Shown here piece after piece: positions 22,114 through 34,738 of a stretch of DNA of 64,000 nucleotides (positions within the stretch are counted from its first letter, which is position 1; each line of letters starts with the position of its first letter). The translations under genes and the position numbers were made by a program. The notes beneath the pieces were generated by a model. The model was not told the origin of the DNA. It made no database searches and saw only the letters and a program-made list of their open reading frames with translations. This DNA comes from Antedon mediterranea (Eukaryota; Animalia; Echinodermata): the NCBI RefSeq assembly GCF_964355755.1, contig NC_092680.1, positions 14,207,045 through 14,271,044 on the forward strand, in the 5' to 3' direction.

Positions 22114-25100
22114 AGGGGGTTGGAAATTTTAGATAGGCCATGAAAACGAACCCCCCCTCCAATTTCTATGATATTCTGATTTAAAACCAAATTTTGCTTT
22201 ATTGATATTTGACATAGTGTTGAGAACTGATCGATTATGAAAAAATAATGATGAATATCGATTCAGAACTTCTCTAAACAAAGGGAGTCATTCCTTCACA
22301 GGGGGGTTGAAAATTTTAGATAGGCCATGAAAACGAACCCCCTCCAATTTCTATGATATTCTGATGTAAAACCAAATTTATTTTGTATTGATAATTGACA
22401 TAGTGTTGAGAACTGATAGATTATGAAAAAATAATGATGAATATCGATTCAGAACTTCTTTAAACAAAGGGGGGTCATTCCTTCACAGGGGGGTTGGAAA
22501 TTTTAGATAGGCCATGAAAACGAACCCCCCCTCCAATTTCTATGATATTCTGATTTAAAACCAAATTTTGCTTTATTGATATTTGACATAGTGTTGAGAA
22601 CTGATCGATTATGAAAAAATAATGATGAATATCGATTCAGAACTTCTCTAAACAAAGGGAGTCATTCCTTCACAGGGGGGTTGAAAATTTTAGATAGGCC
22701 ATGAAAACGAACCCCCTCCAATTTCTATGATATTCTGATGTAAAACCAAATTTATTTTGTATTGATAATTGACATAGTGTTGAGAACTGATAGATTATGA
22801 AAAAATAATGATGAATATCGATTCAGAACTTCTTTAAAGAAAGGGGGGTCATTCCTTCACAGGGGGGTTGAAAATTTTAGATAGGCCATGAAAACAAACC
22901 CCCCTCCAATTTCTATGATATTCTGATTTAAAACCAAATTCATTTTGTATTAATAATTGACATAGTATTGAGAACTGATCGATTATGAAAAAATAATGAA
23001 GAATATCGATTCAGAACTTCTTTAAACAGAGGGGGGTCATTCTTTCACAGGGGGGTTAACAATTTTAGATAGGCCATGAAAACAAACCCCCTCCAATTTC
23101 TATGATATTCTGATTTAAAACCAAATTCATTTTGTATTAATAATTGACATAGTGTTGAGAACTGATCGATTATGAAAAAATAATGAAGAATATCGATTCA
23201 GAACTTCTTTAAACAGAGGGGGGTCATTCTTTCACAGGGGGGTTGAACATTTTAGATAGGCCATGAAAACGAACCCCCCTCCAATTTCTGTGATAATCGC
23301 ATTTAAAACCAATTTTTTTTGTATTGAAAATTGACATAGTGTTGAGAACTGATAGATTATGAAAAAATAATGATGAATATCGATTCAGAACTTCTTTAAA
23401 CAAAGGGGGGTCATTCCTTCACAGGGGGGTTGAAAATTTTAGATAGGCCATGAAAACAAACCCCCCTCCAATTTCTATAATATTCTGATTTAAAACCAAA
23501 TTCATTTTGTATTAATAATTGACATAGTATTGAGAACTGATCGATTATGAAAAAATAATGAAGAATATCGATTCAGAACTTCTTTAAACAGAGGGGGGTC
23601 ATTCTTTCACAGGGGGGTTGAAAATTTTAGATAGGCCATGAAAACAAACCCCCTCCAATTTCTATGATATTCTGATTTAAAACCAAATTCATTTTGTATT
23701 AATAATTGACATAGTGTTGAGAACTGATCGATTATGAAAAAATAATGAAGAATATCGATTCAGAACTTCTTTAAACAGAGGGGGGTCATTCTTTCACAGG
23801 GGGGTTGAACATTTTAGATAGGTCATGAAAACGAATCCCTCCCCCCTCCAATTTCTGTGATAATCGCATTTAAAACCAATTTTTTTTGTATTGATAATTG
23901 ACATAGTGTTGAGAACTGATAGATTATGAAAAAATAATGATGAATATCGATTCAGAACTTCTTAAACAAAGGGGGGTCATTCCTTCACAGGGGGGTTGAC
24001 AATTTTAGATAGGCCATGAAAACGAACCCCCCTCCGATCCAATTTCTATGATATTCTGATTTAAAACAAATTTTTGTTTGTATTGATAATTAACGTAGTG
24101 TTGAGAACTGATCGATTACAATAAACATAATGATGAATACCGATTCAAAACTTCTTAAAACTGAGGAGGAAATTTCGTCACAGGGGGTTGAACATTTCGT
24201 TTCGTTTATTAAACAATTTTCTACGCATACATAAAAAAAAACAAGATGTTACATATTAAAATGCATGTGCAGAAGTGTGCCTAGATAAGTTTTTTTTTTA
24301 AAACAAACATTTTAGATTGTGTAAGGTGATGTAGTTTAAAATTTTCAATATTATAAAATTTAACAACTGTATACTGACAGTACCGGTGACATGCAGTATA
24401 ACTAGCTGATTGACCAGTTGTTTATTTTAAAAAAATATATATTTTCAAAAGAATGAATTCTACCAACCCCTCGACCTTTAACATCATAAAACAATTTAAG
24501 AATGAATTAATCAACCTTAAGAAGTAGGCCTATCTGGTTATATGCTGTGGAAAGAATCCCCCCCCCCTCCCACCCCCTCCAATTTCTGTGATAATCGCAT
24601 TTAAAACCAATTTTTTTTTGTATTGATAATTGACATAGTGTTGAGATCTGATCGATTATGAAAAAATAATGATGAATATCGATTCAGAACTTCTTTAAAC
24701 AAAGGGGGGTCATTCCTTCACAGGGGGGTTGAAAATTTTAGATAGGCCATGAAAACAAACCCCCTCCAATTTCTATGATATTCTGATTTAAAACCAAATT
24801 CATTTTGTATTAATAATTGACATAGTGTTGAGAACTGATCGATTATGAAAAAATAATGAAGAATATCGATTCAGAACTTCTTTAAACAGAGGGGGGTCAT
24901 TCTTTCACAGGGGGGTTGAACATTTTAGATAGGTCATGAAAACGAATCCCTCCCCCCTCAAATTTCTGTGATAATCGCATTTAAAACCAATTTTTTTTGT
25001 ATTGATAATTGACATACGGTAGTGTTGAGAACTGATAGATTATGAAAAAATAATGATGAATATCGATTCAGAACTTCTTAAAGAAAGGGGATCATTCCTT

Positions 25101-27490
25101 CACAGGGGGGTTGACAATTTTAGATAGGCCATGAAAACGAACCCCCCTCCGATCCAATTTCTATGATATTCTGATTTAAAACAAATTTTTGTTTGTATTG
25201 ATAATTAACGTAGTGTTGAGAACTGATCGATTACAATAAACATAATGATGAATATCGATTCAAAACTTCTTAAAACTGAGGAGGAAATTTCGTCACAGGG
25301 GGTTGAACATTTCGTTTCGTTTATTAAACAATTCTCTACGCATACATAAAAAAAAACAAGATGTTACATATTAAAATGCATGTGCAGAAGTGAGCCTAGA
25401 TAAGTTTTTTTTTAAAACAAACATTTTAGATTGTGTAAGGTGATGTAGTTTAAAATTTTCAATATTATAAAATTTAACAACTGTATACTGACATGCAATA
25501 TTACTAGCTGATTGACCAGTTGTTTATTAAAAAAAAATATATATTTTCAAAAGAATGAATTCTACCAACCCCTCGACCTTTAACATCATAAAACAATTTA
25601 AGAATGAATTAATCAACCTTAAGAAGTAGGCCTATCTGGTTATATGCTGTGGAAAGAACCCCCCCCCCCCTCCCACCCCTCCAATTTCTGTGATAATCGC
25701 ATTTAAAACCAATTTTTTTTTGTATTGATAATTGACATAGTGTTGAGATCTGATCGATTATGAAAACATAATGATGAATATCGATTCAGAACTTCTTTAA
25801 ACAAAGGGGGGTCATTCCTTCACAGGGGGGTTGAAAATTTTAGATAGGCCATGAAAACAAACCCCCTCCAATTTCTATGATATTCTGATTTAAAACTAAA
25901 TTCATTTTGTATTAATAATTGACATAGTGTTGAGAACTGATCGATTATGAAAAAATAATGAAGAATATCGATTCAGAACTTCTTTAAACAGAGGGGGGGT
26001 CATTCTTTCACAGGGGGTTGAACATTTTAGATAGGCCATGAAAACGAACCCCCCCCCCTCCAATTTCTATGATAATCGCATTTAAAACCAATTTTTTTTT
26101 GTATTGAAAATTGACATAGTGTTGAGAACTGATAGATTATGAAAAAATAATGATGAATATCGATTCAGAACTTCTTTAAACAAAGGGGGTCATTCCTTCA
26201 CAGGGGGGTTGAAAATTTTAGATAGGCCATGAAAACAAACCCCCTCCAATTTCTATGATATTCTGATTTAAAACCAAATTCATTTTGTATTAATAATTGA
26301 CATAGTGTTGAGAACTGATCGATTATGAAAAAATAATGAAGAATATCGATTCAGAACTTCTTTAAACAGAGGGGGGTCATTCTTTCACAGGGGGGTTGAA
26401 CATTTTAGATAGGCCATGAAAACGAACCCCCCTCCAATTTCTGTGATAATCGCATTTAAAACCAATTTTTTTTGTATTGAAAATTGACATAGTGTTGAGA
26501 ACTGATAAATTATGAAAAAATAATGATGAATATCAATTCAGAACTTCTTTAAACAAAGCGGGGTCATTCCTTCACAGGGGGGTTGAAAATTTTAGATAGG
26601 CCATGAAAACAAACCCCCCTCCAATTTCTATGATATTCTGATTTAAAACCAAATTCATTTTGTATTAATAATTGACATAGTGTTGAGAACTGATCGATTA
26701 TAAAAAAATAATGAAGAATATCGATTCAGAACTTCTTTAAACAGAGGGGGGTCATTCTTTCACAGGGGGGTTGAAAATTTTAGATAGGCCATGAAAACAA
26801 ACCCCCTCCAATTTCTATGATATTCTGATTTAAAACCAAATTCATTTTGTATTAATAATTGACATAGTGTTGAGAACTGATCGATTATGAAAAAATAATG
26901 AAGAATATCGATTCAGAACTTCTTTAAACAGAGGGGGGTCATTCTTTCACAGGGGGGTTGAACATTTTAGATAGGTCATGAAAACGAACCCCCCTCCAAT
27001 TTCTGTGATAATCGCATTTAAAACCAATTTTTTTTGTATTGAAAATTGACATAGTGTTGAGAACTGATAGATTATGAAAAAATAATGATGAATATCGATT
27101 CAGAACTTCTTTAAACAAAGGGGGGTCATTCCTTCACAGGGGGGTTGAAAATTTTAGATAGGCCATGAAAACAAACCCCCCTGCAATTTCTATGATATTC
27201 TGATTTAAAACCAAATTCATTTTGTATTAATAATTGACATAGTGTTGAGAACTGATCGATTATGAAAAAATAATGAAGAATATCGATTCAGAATTTCTTT
27301 AAACAGAGGGGGACTTTCTTTCACAGGGGGGTTGAAAATGTTAGATAGGCCATGAAAACGAACCCCACTCCAATTTCTATGATATTCAAAACCAAATTTT
27401 GTTTGTATTGATATTTGACATAGTGCTGAGAACTGATCGATTATGAAAAAATAATGATGAAAATCGATTCAGAACTTTTTTAAACAGAAG
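22114..27490 (+). repeat. About 187-bp satellite array (roughly 25 monomers) with higher-order structure
   Basis: AGATAGGCCATGAAAAC recurs at 22131, 22318, 22505, 22692 and onward. The array is interrupted twice (about 24170-24560, about 25285-25660) by a longer unit also seen at about 17925-19100. Confidence 0.95.
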
Positions 27491-27935
27491 GTACCAAGGT
27501 GGGGGGAGGGGGGGGGGGAAAGACATTCTTTCTATGAAAATTGTATTATTATTATTGCGACATAAAAAAATAAAATTATGATTATAAAAAAGGCCCTCGT
27601 AATATCCATGTTTATTTATTTTTTGTTTTTAGATAACTATGTAGTTCTGCTATAAGAGATGGGAGAGGGTCAGTCAAAAGAGAAGGGAGGTGTTGAGGGG
27701 GGAGGGGGTTAACTTTCACGGGGGGGTTGAAAGTTTTAGCTTAGCTAAAATTTTCAACCTCCCCTCCAAGCCAGCGAAGATCAGTGAAGCGTGTAATCGT
27801 TGAATAAACATGAAAAACTCCCTTTTCGCGCATGCGTTGTTAAGGGGGGGTTGAGAATTATGGGGAGGTTGGATTTCTTGTCAAATTGCCCGACGATTCC
27901 ATTTTACAGTGGGTAATTACTGTAACAAGTACAAT

Positions 27936-28862
27936 AGTCACTGAATTGTAATATCTTTTCGTATGTTAATACACTGTGCTCAAGTGGACCCAATTTGGAG
28001 CCAGTGGACCACAGTGATATAAAATAGAAAAAAGTCACTGAATTGTAATATCTTTTCGTATGTTAATACATTACACTGTGCTCAAGTTATTAAAATCACT
28101 GATGTGGCTTGAAACTATTTTTTCTTTTGGTCTACGGATGGAGTAACCGATATTGAACAAATATACCGAGTTTGAAATATTTTTTAATTCCAGAAGTATT
28201 TTTTCTCGATGTTTTTGTATGTGACTATTTCCCTGTGCTCCCATTGGTGCCAAATTGGGTCCACTTGAGCACAGTGTATTAACATACGAAAAAATAATAT
28301 TATAATTTAGTGACTTTTTTCTATTTTATATCACTGTGTGCTCACTGGCGCGCGTGCCAAATTGGGTCCACGTGAGCACAGTGTATTGACATACGAAAAG
28401 ATATTAAAATTCAGTGACTTATTTCTATTTTATATCACTGTGCTCCACTGGCGCCAAATTAGGTCCACTTGAACACAGTGTATTAACATACGAAAAGATA
28501 TTAACATTCAGTGAATTATTTCTATTTTATATCACTGTGCTCCACTGGCTCCAAATTGGGTCCACTTGAGCACAGTGTATTAACATACGAAAAGATATTC
28601 AAATTCAGTGACTTTTTTCTATTTTATATCACTGTGCTCCACTGGCTCCAAATTGTGTCCACTTGAGCACAGTGTATTAACATACGAAAAGATATTAAAA
28701 TTCAGTGACTTATTTCTATTTTATATCACTCTTCCTGTGCTCCCCTGGCTCCAAATTGGGTCCACTTGAGCACAGTGTATTAACATACGAAAAGAAATTA
28801 GTGACTTATTTCTATTTTATATCACTGCGCTCCACTAGTGCTAAATTTGGTCCACTGGAGCA
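27936..28862. repeat. About 100-bp tandem repeat with an internal orientation switch
   Basis: Unit contains CACTGTGCTCAAGTGGACCCAATTTGGAGCCAGTGGAGCACAGTGATATAAAATAG. Forward at 27936-28087, reverse at 28230-28862. Confidence 0.88.
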
Positions 28863-28874
28863 GCTACCGTAGTA

Positions 28875-29430
28875 CTATTAAATTAAATCCCAGAATGTAT
28901 TGTATGAGAACTTTATATAAATTTAACTCCTGTGATTTGATGTTACTTTCGTTCTATAGTTCCGTTATATGTAATGTTTGGACGTACTGCCTCTCCTGTT
29001 GGGCTGGTAATGTTACCGGAGGGAATAAAGGACGCCTTGAAACTTTCATCCGTCGGGCTGGTAAAATGATTGGTCTGGAACTGCCTTCCATTACCAATGT
29101 GCACCTAGAACACCTCCAGAAAGATTTTGAACGCATTGAGTCGGATGCCTCTCATCCTCTCCATAAAGTGATCATAGACCAACTTAATCCAAGTGGTAGA
29201 TTGAGGCTCCTCAGTGTGAAAACAAATCGATATGCCAAATCCTTTATTCCCTCCGGTATCATCCAGTACAACAGAAAGTCAAGAAGATAATTTTATCTTG
29301 TATTTTTGATGTTTTTATATGAATGGTTTTTTTGCTATATTTGTTTTTATTGTGTTTTCTTGTTAGTATGACGAGCAATGAATTTCCTTTTTGAGGATCA
29401 ATAAATGTTATCTTATCTTATCTTATCTTA
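28875..29430 (+). mobile_element. 5'-truncated LINE 3' fragment with (TCTTA)n tail
   Basis: ORF2 C-terminal motifs FYSSVICNVWTYCLSCW, DASHPLH, PSGRLR...KTNRYAKSFIP. AATAAA is followed by (TCTTA)n at about 29400-29430. Confidence 0.82.
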
Positions 29431-29714
29431 TTTCTATTTCGTAAGTACCGTAAATAAAGGCATAAATGGCGCTCCGTAGAAGTAGAGAATGCTCGATCGT
29501 CGAAATGACGCTCTGAATATACCTCATTGTGGACAAAAAGTCACCTATTTTGGACAGCCAATTATGAAAGTTACACCTATTATGTACAAACAACAGCACC
29601 CTCTAGTCCCTATTATGGACAGAAAGTAACCTATTATGGACAGAAAAGTAACCTATTATGGACAGATTTCACCAACCCTATTGGAGAAATCTTATGTAGG
29701 AGAATTTTACAGTA

Positions 29715-30009
29715 GGCGGAGGTATGCACTCTCGGAGTGGCTTTCTAGTTTATAATGAAATCTAGATAAAAATTAACTTATGTCTTTATTATTATGTAAC
29801 AACAAATGTGGTTTATGACATTATACGCATATGGATCTTTCATCGGATTGTGATACCGGCTATGGTGTTCGCGTTAGCAAGGTCCTATCATATATTACAA
29901 ATAATTAAAGATTCTGAGAAAATCAATCAATCAATATATCTTTTAAAAATCAATTATCTTTATTTAGATCAATGCATATAACCTATAATTCGTGACGAAT
30001 TAAATCTAG
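29715..30009 (+). mobile_element. Two abutting Helitron/Helentron 3' ends (third family, then family B)
   Basis: GGCGGAGGTATGCACTCtcgGAGTGgctttCTAG ends at 29748. 29749-30009 matches 4945-5210 and ends in sub-TIR, hairpin and CTAG. Confidence 0.7.
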
Positions 30010-30042
30010 TTATTTATCTATTTTCATCATGTTATTGTTTAG

Positions 30043-31898
30043 GAATCGTCAAGAAGAAACGTCTATTAATGGACGTGACATGGAAGAACATCACAGAACA
30101 CAAGAACCAGGCAATGGGGAACAACAACTATCAAATCAAACGTAAAGTTATTAACTTTTTACTTAACCTTTTCTTTGTATTCATTTTGTTTCTCTTATTT
30201 TTCGAGGTTTACTTCTACTATTTTATTGAATATTTTATATAATTGTTTTGTTTTTTAGGAATCTGGAAACAGATAATAACGTCACTGATGTAACTGACAT
30301 GGTACCTTGCATAACTCAAGAACCACGTCATGTGTACGAACAACAAATTATATCGACACAAAAGTAAGTTATAACAGGGAAGGTTTTTCACTCTTCCCTG
30401 GTTAAAAGAGTTTTGCTAAAAGTGTATTTTGTATCTTTCTATTTCTTAAATGTGAATGTTTATTCTCTTTTTATAATTGCCTTATTATTTAGAAATTGTC
30501 AACAAGAAGCAGATAGTGAAGCCACCGATGGACGTGATATTAAAGTAACTGACGGAATCCAGCTACGCCATGAGTACGAACAAATTATATTGACTCAAAC
30601 GTAAGTTAATTAACAACACCCTGGTTTTAAAATCTTGAAACAAATTCATTTAGATTCTAATATTTAGAAGAGTCATTTTTCTTTTTTTGTTGTTGATCCA
30701 ATGGATCGAATCGAAAGTAGGCCTACTAAAGGTAGTACCGTACTTATGACGACGTTTTGCAAATATTACATATTTCTCTCTTTCTGTATTGTTATTTTTA
30801 TGATTTATCTATTTTCATCACTTTATTGCTTAGAAATCGTCAAGAAGAAACGTCTATTGATGGACGCGACATGGAAGAACCTAACAGAACACAAGAACCA
30901 GGCAATGGGGAACAACAACTATCAAATCAAACGTAAAGTTATTAACTTTTTACTTAACCTTTTCTTTGTATTCATTTTGTTTCTCTTATTTTTCAAGGTT
31001 TACTTCTACTATTTTATTGAATATTTTATATAATTGTTTTGTTTTTTAGGAATCTGGAAACGGATAATAACGTCACTGATGTAACTGACATGGTACCTTG
31101 CATAACTCAAGAACCACGTCATGTGTACGAACAACAAATTATATCGACACAAGAGTAAGTTATAACAGGGAAGGTTTTTCACTCTTCCCTGGTTAAAAGA
31201 GTTTTGCTAAAAGTGTATTTTGTATCTTTCTATTTCTTAACTGTGAATGTTTATTCTCTTTTTATAATTGCCTTATTATTTAGAAATTGTCAACAAGAAG
31301 CAGATAGTGAAGCCACCGATGGACGTGATATTAAAGTAACTGACGGAATCCAGCTACGCCATGAGTACGAACAAATTATATTGACTCAAACGTAAGTTAA
31401 TTAACAACACCCTGGTTTTAAAATCTTGAAACAAATTCATTTAGATTCTAATATTTAGAAGAGTCATTTTTCTTTTTTTGTTGTTGATCCAATGGATCGA
31501 ATCGAAAGTAGGCCTACTAAAGGTGGTACCGTACTTATGACGACGTTTTGCAAATATTACATATTTCTCTCTGTTCTGTATTGTTATTTTTATGATTTAT
31601 CTATTTTCATCACTTTATTGTTTAGAAATCGTCAAGAAGAAACGTCTATTGATGGACGCGACATGGAAGAACCTAACAGAACACAAGAACCAGTCAATGG
31701 GGAACAACAACAACAACAACAACAACACCACAGAACACAAGAACCAGGCAATGGGGAACAACAACTTATATCAAATAAAACGTAAAGTTATTAACTTTTT
31801 ACTTAACTTTATCTTTGTTTCTTTCGTTATTCGAAGGTTTACCTCTACTATTTTGTTGAATATTTTATATAATTGTTTTGTTTTTTAGGAATCTGTAA
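30043..31898 (+). other. Array of tandemly duplicated symmetric phase-2 exons (3' end of an unidentified gene or gene relic), 791-bp period
   Basis: Exons 30043-30141, 30259-30363, 30493-30600, 30834-30932, 31050-31154, 31284-31391 and 31626-31781 are all AG/GT-bounded, multiples of 3 and open in the same frame. TAA at 31896-31898 in the eighth exon. AATAAA at 32046 and 32061. Confidence 0.6.
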
Positions 31899-32273
31899 AC
31901 AGAGATAATAAAGTCACCGATGGAACTGACATGGTACCTTGCATAACTCAAGAACCACGTCATGTGTACGAACAACAAATTGTATCGACACTAAAGTAAA
32001 ATTTGTTTGAATACGTTAAATAAATTGAGAATGGTGAATTATTATAATAAACATTATTTTAATAAAAACTTAACTAAAAAATACGTTTATTCTTTGATTT
32101 TATTCTTAAACATATATTGCTTAGTTTCATTTATTTGTTCCTCCATCGTGGTTTCATAGACTTTACTACTGTACGTTTATAATACTGCATTGGCTTGTTG
32201 TAGCTGCGGCGGTATTGGCGTCCCATAGAAAATGTTGGCGGCCGTTTCAGTCGGCGGCCGTTTCGGTCACACA

Positions 32274-32790
32274 CCCAGAGAATACGGGCACACTGCTTGA
32301 TATGATACCATTAATGATGACTTGTTGTTGCCGGTCATAGAGGAAACTCTGTATCCACTTATGCACTTTTCCCTTGATCCCATACCATTCCAATTTTGAC
32401 AGCAGTCGCCAGTGTCCAACCTTGTCAAACGCTTTGGCAAAGTCATGTATACAAACATCAGTTTGCAGACTGTCCATCATATTTGCTGTGATATCATGTA
32501 CAAATTCTATCAACTGTGTCTCACAGCTCCGCCTTGCTCGAAATCCATGTTGCTTAGAATGTAGAATAGTGTTTAATTCTGCATGGTTCATCAGACTACT
32601 AGTGATAGTGTGCTCCATGACTTTAGATGCGATACTTGTCAGGCTAATAGGTTGATAATTTCTTTTGTCACTATGCTGGCCTTTCTTGAAGATGGGGACA
32701 ATATTTGCATTCTTCCAGTCACTAGGCACAATCCCAGTATCTAAAGATTTCTTGAATAAGCCACAGAATATCTGGGATATATCTGATGTC
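32274..32790 (-). mobile_element. LINE reverse transcriptase fragment
   Basis: PSDWKNANIVPIFKKG...NYQPISLTS...QHGFR..RSCETQL...DFAKAFDKV is the N-terminal part of a non-LTR RT. Confidence 0.9.
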
Positions 32791-34738
32791 TAGGCCTATA
32801 GCTAGCGTACGATATTTGTACGGTTCTGCTGTTTACAAAACTAAGACTAGACTGAATTTTTAAAGTAATACATATGTATATGCATTATTTTTCCAAAACA
32901 TCAAAAATTGCAGGGAATAAATCATTAGCCAATCATCTACTATGTACTATTTTAAATACATGTTTATAGATAGACACATTTTGAGTTTTAGAAACTATTC
33001 CATCTTAAGACAAATTTTCTCTTTTGAAACTTGTAAATATAATTATGATTTAAATCAATTTTATTTTTACTATTTATGTATCAAAATAAATGAAATAATA
33101 ATAACTATTACTTTATTAGCATAAAGTGGTCCATAATTGGATTGACACTTTAGTATAATAAATAAATTGTCGTAGTATACATTGCTATTTTTATTTTAAT
33201 TACCATAAAGTATTTCAATCTAAACTAATGAATGTGTTAAATCAACATTGATTCAATAAAAGAGTTACAAAATCTAGATGTTTGTTGTGTATGTTTTTTA
33301 ATAAATATGTTGTAGATGCTCATTTGGCAAAGATGATGATGTCTGGTTGACACCGCATATTTCTCTTTTTATTGATTGGTCAAATATCTTGCATATATTG
33401 CAGTTCTTTGGCAAAGGATATATATAATTGTAACTAAGACATTAAAAATTCAAACTTTTAGTGTTGTAGTTTTTTAATTCCAAAATTGTGTACATCTCAA
33501 CATACATTACTTTTGTGTTTTTATCTACTTTTTATATTTGTTTTTAGTAAAACTATAAGACCTATTTTTTTTTACATATCAACATAAATTCATAATTTCA
33601 TTAATACAGTTTGGATTTGTCATGTAATTTAATTAGTGATTTCATAAGTATTTTGGTATGCATTTTTCTCTTACACATAAAATTTAAACTGATATAATAT
33701 AATATAATTTCAAATACAATTTGAAATTATATTAAATTAATTAGACACAATATGTTGCATACGAATAAGAGAAAAGATAAATGTATTTAGCACAAAATTT
33801 TACTACAATGGCTACACACGAAAAAAAAACATGTGCAAAAACACATTATTATGTCAATGATAGTTGATACAAATCAAATTTGTTTTGAATTCTGAAAAAT
33901 CCAGATTAAAATCCTAAATATTATGGCAAATATAACCTTCCAGAAGAAACAGTATAAAATTAAAATCACTAATTAATGTATTAATCAACTAATATTTAAA
34001 AATATTTAATGCTTACATAAATCCAAGGTTGAAGTTTATTTTCACCGATTTAAAATTACTGTTTTTTGTAATAATAGAGTTCAGTACTTGGTATTTGTAC
34101 TTGTTTTTTTTAAAATAAATTATATTTTTATAAAATGGTAGACAACATACCTCATTTTTAATAAATATATTTCTGTTCAACCACATCTATGGTTTAGATG
34201 TAATACTTTTTTTTCACATTACTGATTTTTATTATTTATTTTTTTGGAATTTCTATAGACTTGATATAAATGTTTAGCTTAGTTGCATAATTAGTTTCCA
34301 AAGCAATGTCAACATGCAATTATGTTGGTATCTGTCACGTCAAATCAAGGTTCAGAGTATTGATAGCCAGTAAGAAGGTGAAGTGCTTTACAAATTGGAT
34401 TGATTCTTTAAAGCTATGTTCACACATGGCACATTCGTAATCTAGTAACCAAAATTACTGGCATCATTATTTACCCGTAACGCCGATCCTGAAGGAAATC
34501 TAGGAGACACATTGGCCAAATTGAGAACCGATACTGATAACCTATTCGGGTCATATACCTATATCAGTTGATCAAAATAATGCTATCCAGATTGGCCACT
34601 CTCATGGACTGCAATCGGTAGACAAACTGAGCTACTGATCTGGATACAAAGTCCTGTTTAAATTATTGATTGTGACGCAAACCCTGTTGTAGGGCTATTT
34701 AATGACAGCATAAAATACTTATTTAAGAACATCTAGTT

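Larger units (their letters stand above)
14836..27879. mobile_element. About 13-kb block bounded by about 37-bp inverted repeats (composite DNA transposon)
   Basis: AAGAAATCCAACCTCCCCATAATTCTCAACCCCCCTT at about 14837-14873 and its reverse complement at about 27842-27879. TSD not resolved. Confidence 0.55.

Noticed and set aside
30413-31888. Single-exon ORFs listed in the ORF track over the 791-bp repeat
   Set aside because: Their hydrophobic parts are translations of T-rich intron sequence. The spliced model explains the region better.
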